39,977 nucleotides of DNA, from the IMG/VR virus record IMGVR_UViG_3300011337_000036, positions 1 through 39,977 of that record; one strand, 5' to 3'. Of this stretch, positions 1 to 7,821 are shown piece by piece; within the stretch, counting starts at the first letter, position 1, and the number at the start of each line of letters is the position of its first letter. The notes beneath the pieces were generated by a model. That model was given only the letters and a program-made list of their open reading frames with translations, did not search any database and was not told where the DNA came from. This stretch comes from a virus (Duplodnaviria; Caudoviricetes). A program made the translations under genes and the position numbers.

Positions 1-2023
1 GGTAAATAATCCAGCAGTATTCCGCGACATCCGTCTTGTGATACCCGACTAATTCCTTGGCAAACATCGATTTTTTACCCTTGTAAAAGTCTGTGTTGAT
101 GCTGCTGCTGTCACCCTTTAGCTTCACAAATTCCTCTTTCCACTCGTTCACGGTCACCGTCTTATGGCGCTGGTCACCCACATTTGTCATATGCCCATTG
201 CGTTCTATCGCCTTGTGGATAGCGTTCAGCGCCACCTGCTGGTTCTCCTGCAGCTTCCTTGGCTTCTCTTGGTGGCTGACCGCTTGGCTCTGCATCTGCT
301 GCTGGATAGCCTCGTCACTGGCTCTCACCGCCAAACTGATCTGGGATTCGCTAATGCCTAGCGTCCCAGATTGAATCTCCACCTTCACCATCTCAAAGCC
401 AATCTTTAGCCCGTCCTGACCGTCTTTCTGCTTGCTGATTGTGAGGATGCCGCTGCCAGCTATCGGGCTTGCTGGGTTGGGAGTTGCGTCAATCTTCATC
501 AGTTCAAGCTGAGTGTCCACGGCTCCCAATAGGCTGCTATGCCCCCGCAATCCCTTGGTGGCATCCTTCCCACTGTGATGCAGCACCATCATGGCGCAAT
601 TCAGCATCCGCTGGATACGTCCCGCGTTATGGATAAAGGCTCCCATGTCCTCTGAGTTGTTTTCGTTGCCACCGCCAAACGCCCGGGCTAGAGTGTCAAT
701 CTGGACTAACTCAAACTGGACACCTGTACGCTCAACCAAGTCCTTAATGGATAGCACCAGCAGGTCAAAGTCTTCCGCGCTACTCCTAAGATTTATCGCG
801 GCCCTGATGACGTAGATTTCGGCGCCAGCTTGCGTGCGGTTGTGCATCTTGCAGGCTTTGATGCGTGCGCCGATGCCGCCGAAGCCTTCGCCGGCAATGT
901 ACAAAACAGCACCTGCTGCTTGCACCTCCCGCCCCATCCACGCCCTGCCGGTTGCCACCGCCTCCGCAATGTCCAGCGCGACAAATGATTTGTAGCTGCC
1001 TGGTGGGCCGTATAGGGCTGCAAAAGCCTTCTTCGGCAGCACATTGTCTATCAGCCACTCAACCGGCTCGTCCTCAATGTCATCCCAGCTTTCAATGTTA
1101 AGCAGTTGCCGCGGTACTAGGATAGGTGGCTCTTCCTCGGGTAACGCAGGCACTTCCTCAACCGTTTCCCGTGGAACAATCCACTCTGGCGGCTGCACCT
1201 GGTCTATGCTGGTAATCACCGGCAACGCCTTGGCAAGTTCTGCCAGCTTGGCCCGATCCCCGCCATCCGCAACCCACTCATATGCATCGTCACCTAACTC
1301 GGGTAGATTGAAGTCAAGTACCCGTACAGCTTTAGCTACAGGTAGCAATGCCTCCACTACCCGCCTAGCGTACTTCCAACCAGGCGCATCGCAATCAGGA
1401 ACCACTATCACTACCGCGCCGGTGAAATACTGGGTAATGTCTGCCGGCCAATGCCCTGCACCAGCGTGAGACGTAGTGGCAATTGCGCCTATGCTGACCA
1501 GAGCATCCGCTGCCTTCTCACCTTCCACCAAATAGATGGCGCGGCCAGCTTCCCTTGCGTTGATAAGTTCCGGCAGACGATAAGGCACGATCCGCGCACC
1601 TGTCATGCTGCCCTTGCGGTTGCCAGCGGCATCCACCTTGTGCAAGCTGTACGTCTTACCTTTGTCGGTGTTGGTCTTGAACCGGCGCTTTACGAACAGC
1701 GTCTCGCCTGACTCGTCCTTATATTCCCACTCCTGCTCCAGCGTTGGCATAGTCATCAATTCACCTTTGATTAGCTGGAGAGAATACTCCTGGCGCTGGA
1801 TGCTTGGCAATAGGTTGCGTTCTCGCACAGCGTCGAATACCGAGTGCTGGTCGCAGCCACCGTGGCAGTGGAATAAGAGTTTGCCATTGTCTTCCTTGAT
1901 GGACAGGGACGGGTTCTTGTCACCGTTGCCGCGGCCATGCCCAGGTACAGGGCAACTCGCAAGCCAGTTCCCATTGACCTTCTTCGCGTTGCCAAGGGCT
2001 TTGGCTATTGTTTCTGTGTCCAT
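1..2023 (-). CDS. Primase-helicase, 3'-truncated diverged copy of 37566..39629 (runs off window start)
   Basis: ATG at 2023 (MDTETIAKALGNAK); colinear with the full gene at offset 37606; absent from ORF track because no stop lies in the window. Confidence 0.9.
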   Translation of the reverse strand, partial: MDTETIAKALGNAKKVNGNWLASCPVPGHGRGNGDKNPSLSIKEDNGKLLFHCHGGCDQHSVFDAVRERNLLPSIQRQEYSLQLIKGELMTMPTLEQEWEYKDESGETLFVKRRFKTNTDKGKTYSLHKVDAAGNRKGSMTGARIVPYRLPELINAREAGRAIYLVEGEKAADALVSIGAIATTSHAGAGHWPADITQYFTGAVVIVVPDCDAPGWKYARRVVEALLPVAKAVRVLDFNLPELGDDAYEWVADGGDRAKLAELAKALPVITSIDQVQPPEWIVPRETVEEVPALPEEEPPILVPRQLLNIESWDDIEDEPVEWLIDNVLPKKAFAALYGPPGSYKSFVALDIAEAVATGRAWMGREVQAAGAVLYIAGEGFGGIGARIKACKMHNRTQAGAEIYVIRAAINLRSSAEDFDLLVLSIKDLVERTGVQFELVQIDTLARAFGGGNENNSEDMGAFIHNAGRIQRMLNCAMMVLHHSGKDATKGLRGHSSLLGAVDTQLELMKIDATPNPASPIAGSGILTISKQKDGQDGLKIGFEMVKVEIQSGTLGISESQISLAVRASDEAIQQQMQSQAVSHQEKPRKLQENQQVALNAIHKAIERNGHMTNVGDQRHKTVTVNEWKEEFVKLKGDSSSINTDFYKGKKSMFAKELVGYHKTDVAEYCWIIY

Positions 2024-2046
2024 GTCTCGTTCTCAGTTTTTAGGGG

Positions 2047-2078
2047 AAAAAAAAGCCGGTGGAGATCAACCCACCGGC
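2047..2078 (-). terminator. Rho-independent terminator after SSB-like gene
   Basis: Minus strand GCCGGTGG-GTTGATCT-CCACCGGC followed by T8; conserved in second copy at 39653..39684. Confidence 0.85.
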
Positions 2079-2092
2079 CACCGAATCAACGG

Positions 2093-2665
2093 TTAAAAGA
2101 ACTCTTCATCGTCCATCACGGGTGCAGGCGCAGGCTTACTAGCCTTGCGTACGGGTGCTGGCTCCGGCTCAACAAAGTCCTCGCCGTCCGCATTCATGCC
2201 TGCGGGACGCGCAACCCAACCCGCCAACTTGAAGTTAGGTACCCGCGTGTTGCCCTTGCCAACCTTTTCGGCGGTACTGTTAACGTACTCAATGACGGGC
2301 AGCTTGCCTGCATTGTCATCAGCAGCTTTGTCGCACTCGTTGTAGATTTTTTCAAATCCCTTGCATGGCCCGTAAGCGTTCGCCGACCAATCAACTAGGC
2401 CGAGTTCCTTTGAGTACAGGGTGACAACGAATCCGCGCTTGTAGCCCTCGCCAGGTGATTGGCTCTTAGCGCCCAGCGTCTCATCAGGCTGCCAATCGCG
2501 TACACCGGCACCAATCATTAACCAGCCGGTCTGCACTGAGTAAAGATCCATGACCACTTTTTTGAGTTGAATTTCCTCCGAGTCGCGGTTAGTCCAAGCG
2601 TTAGCCTGCGGTGCAAAGCGGATGTAAGAGTTACCTGATCCAGAGTTGTTTGAAAGATTTAGCAT
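2093..2665 (-). CDS. Putative single-stranded DNA-binding protein
   Basis: Likely start MLNLSNNSG at 2665; Pro/Ala linker and acidic-aromatic tail MDDEEFF typical of SSBs; lies between exonuclease and primase-helicase. Confidence 0.65.
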   Translation of the reverse strand: MLNLSNNSGSGNSYIRFAPQANAWTNRDSEEIQLKKVVMDLYSVQTGWLMIGAGVRDWQPDETLGAKSQSPGEGYKRGFVVTLYSKELGLVDWSANAYGPCKGFEKIYNECDKAADDNAGKLPVIEYVNSTAEKVGKGNTRVPNFKLAGWVARPAGMNADGEDFVEPEPAPVRKASKPAPAPVMDDEEFF

Positions 2666-2699
2666 TTCAGTTCCTAAAGTTACGGGCTTGCGCCCAATG

Positions 2700-3755
2700 T
2701 TAGACGGTGGCAAATTCCACCATCTTTGCCAGAGTCAGTCCCGAGGAGACTCTCTCTGTCAAATCGTCGAGCAAGTGTTTGTCTGCCTTGCTCAGTAATT
2801 TCTCAGCTTGCGCTGGCGTGATTGGCTCACTCTTGTAGAGATCAACGGTTGCAATCGGCAACTCGCTGATGTCGATGTCTGCTTTCCACTTGCGGATAGC
2901 GCGTTTAGGAACAAGATGCCAGCCTGGCACTGCGGCTCCATCCTCCAAACGGCCGGTGGCTAACTTCTTCAGTTCCTCGTAGAACCCTTCCACCAAGTCG
3001 GCCTGTTCCAGCCAGTAGGCAATCTCATCTTCCGACAGTTCCTTGGTTGGCTTGATTGGCACCGCTGCCGCCTTCTCTTTGAGGGCTGGGCAATGCAGCT
3101 TGGCAGGGCAGTACTTGCAAGCGTTGGTGGATGGAGTAGGATAGGTATCAGGGTTGTAAGCCTTCTCAATGGCAGGCATTACTACGTCCTGCTCCCATGC
3201 CAGCAAGTCTGCCAGCAGCATCTCATGCGTGCGGTTAGCACCTGTCTGCGGCTGCACAATGGTCAGCTTCACGCGCTGAAAGTCTCCCATCAGCTTGATT
3301 GCGCCCAAGGCGTACAGCTTCATCTGACTGCTGTCAGCGTCCACATACCCGCGCCCCGTCTTGAGATCAGCAATCTCCAAGCATTCGCCCTCGTTGTCCC
3401 AGGCCACAACGTCAGCAGTACCCGCACAGTTAGCTTTCTTTGTGTCGAGGATAGATAGGTGCTCCTCCACCGTCACGTTGTCGTAGTTCGCTTCCAGTTC
3501 CTTGATGGTGTCAAGGTGTAACTGCGCGAACTCGGCGTTGTCCTGCGTGATAGTGATGCCTTCCACCACTGTGCCAACATGGTTGGCCGGCACGTCACCT
3601 GATAGCCAGCATATCTCGGCCAGCGCGTGGATGGCCGTGCCAATCTGGGCGGCTTCACCGCTAGGCGAATCAGGTATCCCCTCGCAAAGCCTAACGCTTG
3701 CGGGGCAAGCCAACCAACGTGCTGCTGCGCTCGGCCTTAGTTTGATCCGTTCCAT
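2700..3755 (-). CDS. Cas4-like PD-(D/E)XK exonuclease (DUF2800-type)
   Basis: PS..RWLACP, GTAIH, GTAD, IADLKTG, QMKLYALG and CKYCPAKLHC (split 4-Cys Fe-S motif). Confidence 0.85.
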   Translation of the reverse strand: MERIKLRPSAAARWLACPASVRLCEGIPDSPSGEAAQIGTAIHALAEICWLSGDVPANHVGTVVEGITITQDNAEFAQLHLDTIKELEANYDNVTVEEHLSILDTKKANCAGTADVVAWDNEGECLEIADLKTGRGYVDADSSQMKLYALGAIKLMGDFQRVKLTIVQPQTGANRTHEMLLADLLAWEQDVVMPAIEKAYNPDTYPTPSTNACKYCPAKLHCPALKEKAAAVPIKPTKELSEDEIAYWLEQADLVEGFYEELKKLATGRLEDGAAVPGWHLVPKRAIRKWKADIDISELPIATVDLYKSEPITPAQAEKLLSKADKHLLDDLTERVSSGLTLAKMVEFATV

Positions 3756-3958
3756 TTTTCTCTCTCTCTTTCGTGTTCATTGCTGATGATTGCGTAAGCC
3801 TGTTTGCGTACTTCTGCTGTAACCGCATGACCCAAGTCTTCAGGGTCCAGCAAGCGTTTAAGCAAAACAGTCTTATCGCGTGATGATTCGCGCTCACGCT
3901 CTAGCTGAGTCCCCAACCAGATAATGTGTTCGCGCATAGTTCGGAGTTGGTCAAGCAT
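3737..3958 (-). CDS. Hypothetical protein
   Basis: MLDQLRT... fills the gap between co-oriented genes; start at 3958 just after upstream stop. Confidence 0.65.
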   Translation of the reverse strand: MLDQLRTMREHIIWLGTQLERERESSRDKTVLLKRLLDPEDLGHAVTAEVRKQAYAIISNEHEREREKWNGSN

Positions 3959-3960
3959 TT

Positions 3961-4788
3961 TTAGTCCCCGCAAAAGCAGGCAATACTTTCTTCGTTGGGG
4001 TCAAACATATCGCGCTGGTCGATGGCGAATGCCGCCATTTGAGCGTAGCTAGGCCGGTCGGAACGGAACACCGCACCGCTTGGCTTGGATGCCAATGCCA
4101 ATGCCAATGCCTCCATTTTGGCCCACCATATAGCACGTTTTGGATTTTCCGCAATTAGAGATAACACTTGTGCGCCGCCTTTTAGAAAGCACAGATCGCA
4201 GTTGCCATGCATAGTCACGCCATTCATGTTCGGCAAGCCCAAGTCAAACGGCTGCGCCTTCCAGAATGCCGAAATGTCTGACTTAGTGATGCCAGAAGTC
4301 ACCAACGGAATGCGTGACTTGTCAGCAATCTTAGCGGCTCGGCGCTGCTCGTCTGCTCTCATGCCAACCCAATCCATTGTCTCGTTGTGTTCCCATCCCA
4401 ACGATTTCAAATACTTGTGAATGGTGCGAATTTTCAGTTCAGAAGTGCAAAACCTAGTCACCGGATTCGGTAGGTAATTGCGCTTGCGAATAAGCGCCTC
4501 AAACGGCTCACCGTCGCGGCTGGCGGTATCAAATGTCACGCGCTTAAATGCCGGATCCGCGTCTTGAAACTCAACCCAATGAATTTCAACATTCCATTGC
4601 TCAGAGCAATCCTGTACAAATTTCAAGGTTGCCTCATCTTCCTTGCCAGTGTTGGCGAAACAGACAATCGCTTGGCATGGTAGTTGCCCCCCCCCACTCT
4701 GAATGACGCGCCAAAGCATATAGGCACTCGTGCGACCACCGCTAAAACTGATGCACGTTGGCTCTGTGATTTTGAACGGGTCAAGCAT
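3961..4788 (-). CDS. PAPS-reductase-family (PP-loop adenylation) protein
   Basis: ISFSGGRTS PP-loop, FANTGKE, RFCTSELK, GMRADE, GNCDLCF, C-terminal CFCGD. Confidence 0.85.
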   Translation of the reverse strand: MLDPFKITEPTCISFSGGRTSAYMLWRVIQSGGGQLPCQAIVCFANTGKEDEATLKFVQDCSEQWNVEIHWVEFQDADPAFKRVTFDTASRDGEPFEALIRKRNYLPNPVTRFCTSELKIRTIHKYLKSLGWEHNETMDWVGMRADEQRRAAKIADKSRIPLVTSGITKSDISAFWKAQPFDLGLPNMNGVTMHGNCDLCFLKGGAQVLSLIAENPKRAIWWAKMEALALALASKPSGAVFRSDRPSYAQMAAFAIDQRDMFDPNEESIACFCGD

Positions 4789-5260
4789 GGCGTGTCAGAT
4801 ACCAGTAAGCAATGAGTGCAGCATCTGCACGGCCATCGTCCTTTGCACGCTTGAACAGTTCGGCTTTGCTTGGGAACAATTCCATTGCACGCATACGGCT
4901 GGCATCCTTACCCGCAGCGCGGCCTACAGCCTTCGTCCAGGTGGCAGGCGTGACATAGGTGCTGGGCAATTTAAGACCCGCCACAACGCCTTCTATGATG
5001 CCTGCTGACCGCCCAAAGTTAAACATACTGCTGACACCCTGACCTGGCATCGCGCCTACCTTCTCAATCGCAACGTGAGAGTCAGGATAGCCTTCCAATA
5101 TGTTGCGCAAAAAGGCTGCACTGATATGCCGCTTCTTTGTCTTGCCTGAGTCCACTTCTAGCGTAGGCATATCAATGACTTCCAGTAGGCTCTGGGTGTT
5201 CCAATCAAACACGCTGATGGCTCCGCTAATGCCTGGGTCGATGCCAATTACGAAACTCAT
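4781..5260 (-). CDS. RuvC-like Holliday junction resolvase
   Basis: VIGIDPG, AIEKV, FNFG, DGRADAALIA acidic catalytic pattern. Confidence 0.8.
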   Translation of the reverse strand: MSFVIGIDPGISGAISVFDWNTQSLLEVIDMPTLEVDSGKTKKRHISAAFLRNILEGYPDSHVAIEKVGAMPGQGVSSMFNFGRSAGIIEGVVAGLKLPSTYVTPATWTKAVGRAAGKDASRMRAMELFPSKAELFKRAKDDGRADAALIAYWYLTRHA

Positions 5261-5487
5261 TGCTCACGCTCCTTCTGTAGCGTCAGCAACCTAGCTTCCA
5301 CCAAGGCGTCGCAAGCCTCCTGCAGCTTGATGACTGCCGAGTACAGTGGAATCACCTTGGCGGTGCTCCAACGGCTTACCTGGGCCTTGTCAATGCCTGC
5401 CGCGTAGCTGACATCGCTCAGAGTGAAACCTGACCGTTCCGCTTTCTCGCGGATGGCCCTAATGGCAGATTGTGTGGTCGTTTCCAT
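5257..5487 (-). CDS. Cro-like HTH transcriptional regulator
   Basis: TLSDVSYAAGIDKAQVSRW helix-turn-helix; first gene of leftward operon; AAGGAG at 5502-5507; start METTTQ at 5487 preferred. Confidence 0.75.
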   Translation of the reverse strand: METTTQSAIRAIREKAERSGFTLSDVSYAAGIDKAQVSRWSTAKVIPLYSAVIKLQEACDALVEARLLTLQKEREQ

Positions 5488-5611
5488 GATTAGATTATCA
5501 TCTCCTTGTTGACGCATTCTACACCGAAATGTCTAGGTGTTTTCCCTAGTGCATTTCGCAACTGCTGTTTGTGATGTATGTGTCATCTATCATATGATGC
5601 GGCTGTCATCA
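5487..5611. promoter_or_regulatory. Divergent promoter region with four 17-bp operator-like sites
   Basis: TGATG-N7-CATC(A/T)-like sites at 5487, 5510, 5572, 5595; leftward -10 TAGAAT (5521-5516); rightward TTGTGA-N18-TATGAT (5569-5598). Confidence 0.65.
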
Positions 5612-5642
5612 ACAACGCAACTTAACTTTTTGGAGCTTCTCG

Positions 5643-5819
5643 ATGTTTTCTCTCAATCAAATCGTCCGTGGCAAAAACGCTGGTGTTTTTGTCATCATGT
5701 CATTCAGCATTGGTGCTGATGGCGAGCGCTGGGCAGCTCTCAAAGAGCTAAACCAGGTCACCGGCAAATTGATGCGTGGTGGCTTGTCTTTGCCTGAGTC
5801 TTGCCTCAAGACTTTTTAA
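5643..5819 (+). CDS. Small early protein, 58 aa (not in ORF track)
   Basis: GGAG RBS then MFSLNQIVRGKNAGVFVIMSFSIGADGERWAALKELNQVTGKLMRGGLSLPESCLKTF*. Confidence 0.75.
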   Translation: MFSLNQIVRGKNAGVFVIMSFSIGADGERWAALKELNQVTGKLMRGGLSLPESCLKTF

Positions 5820-5826
5820 CCAACCA

Positions 5827-5848
5827 GGGGGCTGCGGCCCCCATCTTT
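5827..5848 (+). terminator. GC-rich intergenic hairpin (weak terminator or processing/stabilising stem)
   Basis: GGGGGC-TGCG-GCCCCC followed by ATCTTT, just before the AGGAG RBS of next gene. Confidence 0.5.
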
Positions 5849-5859
5849 AGGAGACACAA

Positions 5860-6162
5860 ATGAGACTTACAGACCGTCAACGCAGCCAGCTTAAAGCTGC
5901 CGCAGTATTCGGAGGCGACCACGTTAGCAAAGTCGCAGCCGCCTTGCAGCTAGAGAATCCCGAGGCGTTTTGGCAGGAGCGCGAACTGCACCAGCGCAAC
6001 TTCTGGCATGAGCCTATGAGTTACGGTTTCACAATTCCGCACCGTAGCTTTGTGCATCGGTATGTGCCTGGCCGTAAAAGTGAGTACGGTCTGGAGCAGC
6101 GTCAGATCATGGCGCAGAACCATTACTTGACGGTAACCCGCCAGATCGGAGTAGGCGAATGA
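5860..6162 (+). CDS. Hypothetical early protein
   Basis: AGGAG RBS; 100-aa ORF. Confidence 0.8.
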   Translation: MRLTDRQRSQLKAAAVFGGDHVSKVAAALQLENPEAFWQERELHQRNFWHEPMSYGFTIPHRSFVHRYVPGRKSEYGLEQRQIMAQNHYLTVTRQIGVGE

Positions 6163-6245
6163 AATCCTTAATACTTGACGCGGCACTCTCTGCTGCAATC
6201 CTCGCCGGCCTAGCTTACGTTATTACACAATGGTGGTTCGCATGA
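6159..6245 (+). CDS. Single-TM micropeptide, 28 aa (not in ORF track)
   Basis: MKSLILDAALSAAILAGLAYVITQWWFA*; ATGA overlaps at both ends; GGAG upstream. Confidence 0.7.
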   Translation: MKSLILDAALSAAILAGLAYVITQWWFA

Positions 6246-6490
6246 TGAATCCTCTAGAAATTGAGATCAAGCGCACAGTGTTTGCGCACTTGCCTGCGGT
6301 TGGCGACTTTGGCATTTTAAGTCGCGGTGACCTTGCCACTGTCCTGCACACGGCCTGCACCGAGGCGGCCTTGGCAGGCTGGGCGCGTGGCGCGGAGACT
6401 GCTGAGAAACGCTTGGTGGCCGAGTTGGAGACGCTGCGCGGTGAACTGAAGTCCCTGCAAACCGAGTTGCTGTGGGAGCAAACAAAGTGA
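6242..6490 (+). CDS. Hypothetical early protein with C-terminal coiled coil
   Basis: Start MMNPLE coupled by ATGA to preceding micropeptide. Confidence 0.75.
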   Translation: MMNPLEIEIKRTVFAHLPAVGDFGILSRGDLATVLHTACTEAALAGWARGAETAEKRLVAELETLRGELKSLQTELLWEQTK

Positions 6491-6627
6491 TAAAGCTACT
6501 TGCTAACGTCTTTATGTTTATTGGCCTATGGGCCACCACAATGGCCGGATTCTTTTGGATTGGCTACGCCACCTACGAACCCTATTGCCGCACTGTTGCG
6601 GCCTTGTTTACGGAGAACTGCAAATGA
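6487..6627 (+). CDS. Single-TM micropeptide, 46 aa (not in ORF track)
   Basis: GTG start; MIKLLANVFMFIGLWATTMAGFFWIGYATYEPYCRTVAALFTENCK*; GTGA and ATGA overlaps; GGGAG upstream. Confidence 0.7.
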   Translation: MIKLLANVFMFIGLWATTMAGFFWIGYATYEPYCRTVAALFTENCK

Positions 6628-6821
6628 TTGAAGCTATCAAGCAATTACTGGCTACGCCAACCCCGCTAGAGATGGCGGCACGGGAACTGGTGGAGGCCCA
6701 GCGTTCTAAGCTAGAGGCTGAAAGCGCACGGGAGTACGCCTACCACATGGTGCAGTACCACGATGACAGAATCAACCGCCTGCGGGAAAGGTTGGACGAA
6801 CTCAAAGGGGAGGCGGTATGA
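6624..6821 (+). CDS. Hypothetical coiled-coil early protein
   Basis: Likely true start MIEAIKQ at 6624 (GGAG RBS, ATGA overlap) rather than 6528. Confidence 0.75.
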   Translation: MIEAIKQLLATPTPLEMAARELVEAQRSKLEAESAREYAYHMVQYHDDRINRLRERLDELKGEAV

Positions 6822-7036
6822 AAGAAGACACAGACAAAACGTGGATAGAAGTCCACGGCGGCTATGCCAAGGACATGACCCTGCGTGACCATTTTGCTGC
6901 GCTGGCTATGCAGATTTACATGGCAGACCAAGAGTTAATCGCCATGTATAGCCATTTAAGGAAAGATGCCAAACGGGAAATTGCTGTTACAGCCTACATG
7001 ATGGCAGACGCAATGCTGAAAGCGAGGGAAAAATGA
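6818..7036 (+). CDS. Conserved phage hypothetical protein (MTLRDxFA family)
   Basis: MTLRDHFAALAMQ...AYMMADAMLKARE motif common in proteobacterial phage early regions; GGAGG RBS. Confidence 0.8.
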   Translation: MKEDTDKTWIEVHGGYAKDMTLRDHFAALAMQIYMADQELIAMYSHLRKDAKREIAVTAYMMADAMLKAREK

Positions 7037-7164
7037 CCGACTTACAGTTTTTACTACTGCTTGGTACAGTTTGGTTTGCCCCAAATTGCAATCCGAATTT
7101 TGGTTATTTAATTGGGGCTTCTTTTCTAATCGTTGCTTCTATTAAAGGATTGGGGTGGTTATGA
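7033..7164 (+). CDS. Hydrophobic micropeptide, 43 aa, 1-2 TM (not in ORF track)
   Basis: MTDLQFLLLLGTVWFAPNCNPNFGYLIGASFLIVASIKGLGWL*; ATGA overlaps at both ends. Confidence 0.7.
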   Translation: MTDLQFLLLLGTVWFAPNCNPNFGYLIGASFLIVASIKGLGWL

Positions 7165-7379
7165 ACATCATTGAAATAGCGCGACAAGCTGGCGTGAGGG
7201 ATGATGAATACCGTTTTGAATTTAGCGAACTCAAGTATCTTGAACGCTTTGCCGAGTTGGTAGCCGCACATGAGCGTGAAGAGTGCGCCAAGCTGTGTGA
7301 CGACATGGATGACGATGTTGTTGATGGGTATGCTGGTTGGCAATACGGCGATGCAATCAGAGCAAGGAGCAAAGCATGA
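7161..7379 (+). CDS. Conserved phage hypothetical protein
   Basis: LERFAELVAAHEREECAKLCD...AIRAR motif; ATGA-coupled start at 7161. Confidence 0.8.
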   Translation: MNIIEIARQAGVRDDEYRFEFSELKYLERFAELVAAHEREECAKLCDDMDDDVVDGYAGWQYGDAIRARSKA

Positions 7380-7495
7380 AACCCGAAGACGACGAAGAAG
7401 ATTTACTTATCAGTTTCTTTTTTACTGCGTTCGCCATACTTATTCTGGCGTTTGTGGTGGTCGGTGTAGGCATAACAATTTGGGGATTGCTATGA
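7376..7495 (+). CDS. Single-TM micropeptide, 39 aa, acidic N-terminus (not in ORF track)
   Basis: AAGGAG RBS; MKPEDDEEDLLISFFFTAFAILILAFVVVGVGITIWGLL*; ATGA overlaps at both ends. Confidence 0.75.
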   Translation: MKPEDDEEDLLISFFFTAFAILILAFVVVGVGITIWGLL

Positions 7496-7821
7496 AAGAT
7501 GCAGAGGATGAAGCGTTCGACGAATTGGCGAAGCGACAGGGGCATTGGGGCGGTGGCTATCAGGCTAAGAAAGCTATGGCTGCGGACAAGTTGCAGGAGC
7601 CAGCGCAAGAGCCTGTGGCGTTGGTAATTGATGGTGTGCTTGTGAAATCTGCTTTGCCTGAGAAATATACAGGACATCTCTACACCGCACCACCACAGCC
7701 AACGCAGGAGCAATGGAACGCTGCGCTAGATGAAGCTGCCAAGCGCATCGGTGAAATGAAAGGTTTTGGACAGGCAACGCAGGACAGCTTTTCTACTTAC
7801 ATTAAAGGACTAAAGAAGTGA
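7492..7821 (+). CDS. Hypothetical early protein
   Basis: Likely true start MKDAEDE at 7492 by ATGA coupling; QEPVA...LYTAPP motif common in phage early genes. Confidence 0.75.
   Translation: MKDAEDEAFDELAKRQGHWGGGYQAKKAMAADKLQEPAQEPVALVIDGVLVKSALPEKYTGHLYTAPPQPTQEQWNAALDEAAKRIGEMKGFGQATQDSFSTYIKGLKK

Larger units (their letters stand above)
1..2371. repeat. Long imperfect terminal direct repeat, copy 1
   Basis: Colinear with 37607..39977 at offset 37606 at each anchor checked; first 127 nt identical, then many mostly third-position substitutions. Confidence 0.95.

Noticed and set aside
1-2371. True physical direct terminal repeat as in T7
   Set aside because: Physical terminal repeats are identical copies; these differ throughout after base 127 and start mid-gene.
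4089-4111. ATGCCA hexamer repeat (nearly four copies) encoding ALALALA
   Set aside because: Unit changes keep the frame; probably a minor slippage expansion.
3961-4788. cysH auxiliary metabolic gene call
   Set aside because: Lacks the C-terminal ECG(L/I)H motif and any sulfur-pathway context.
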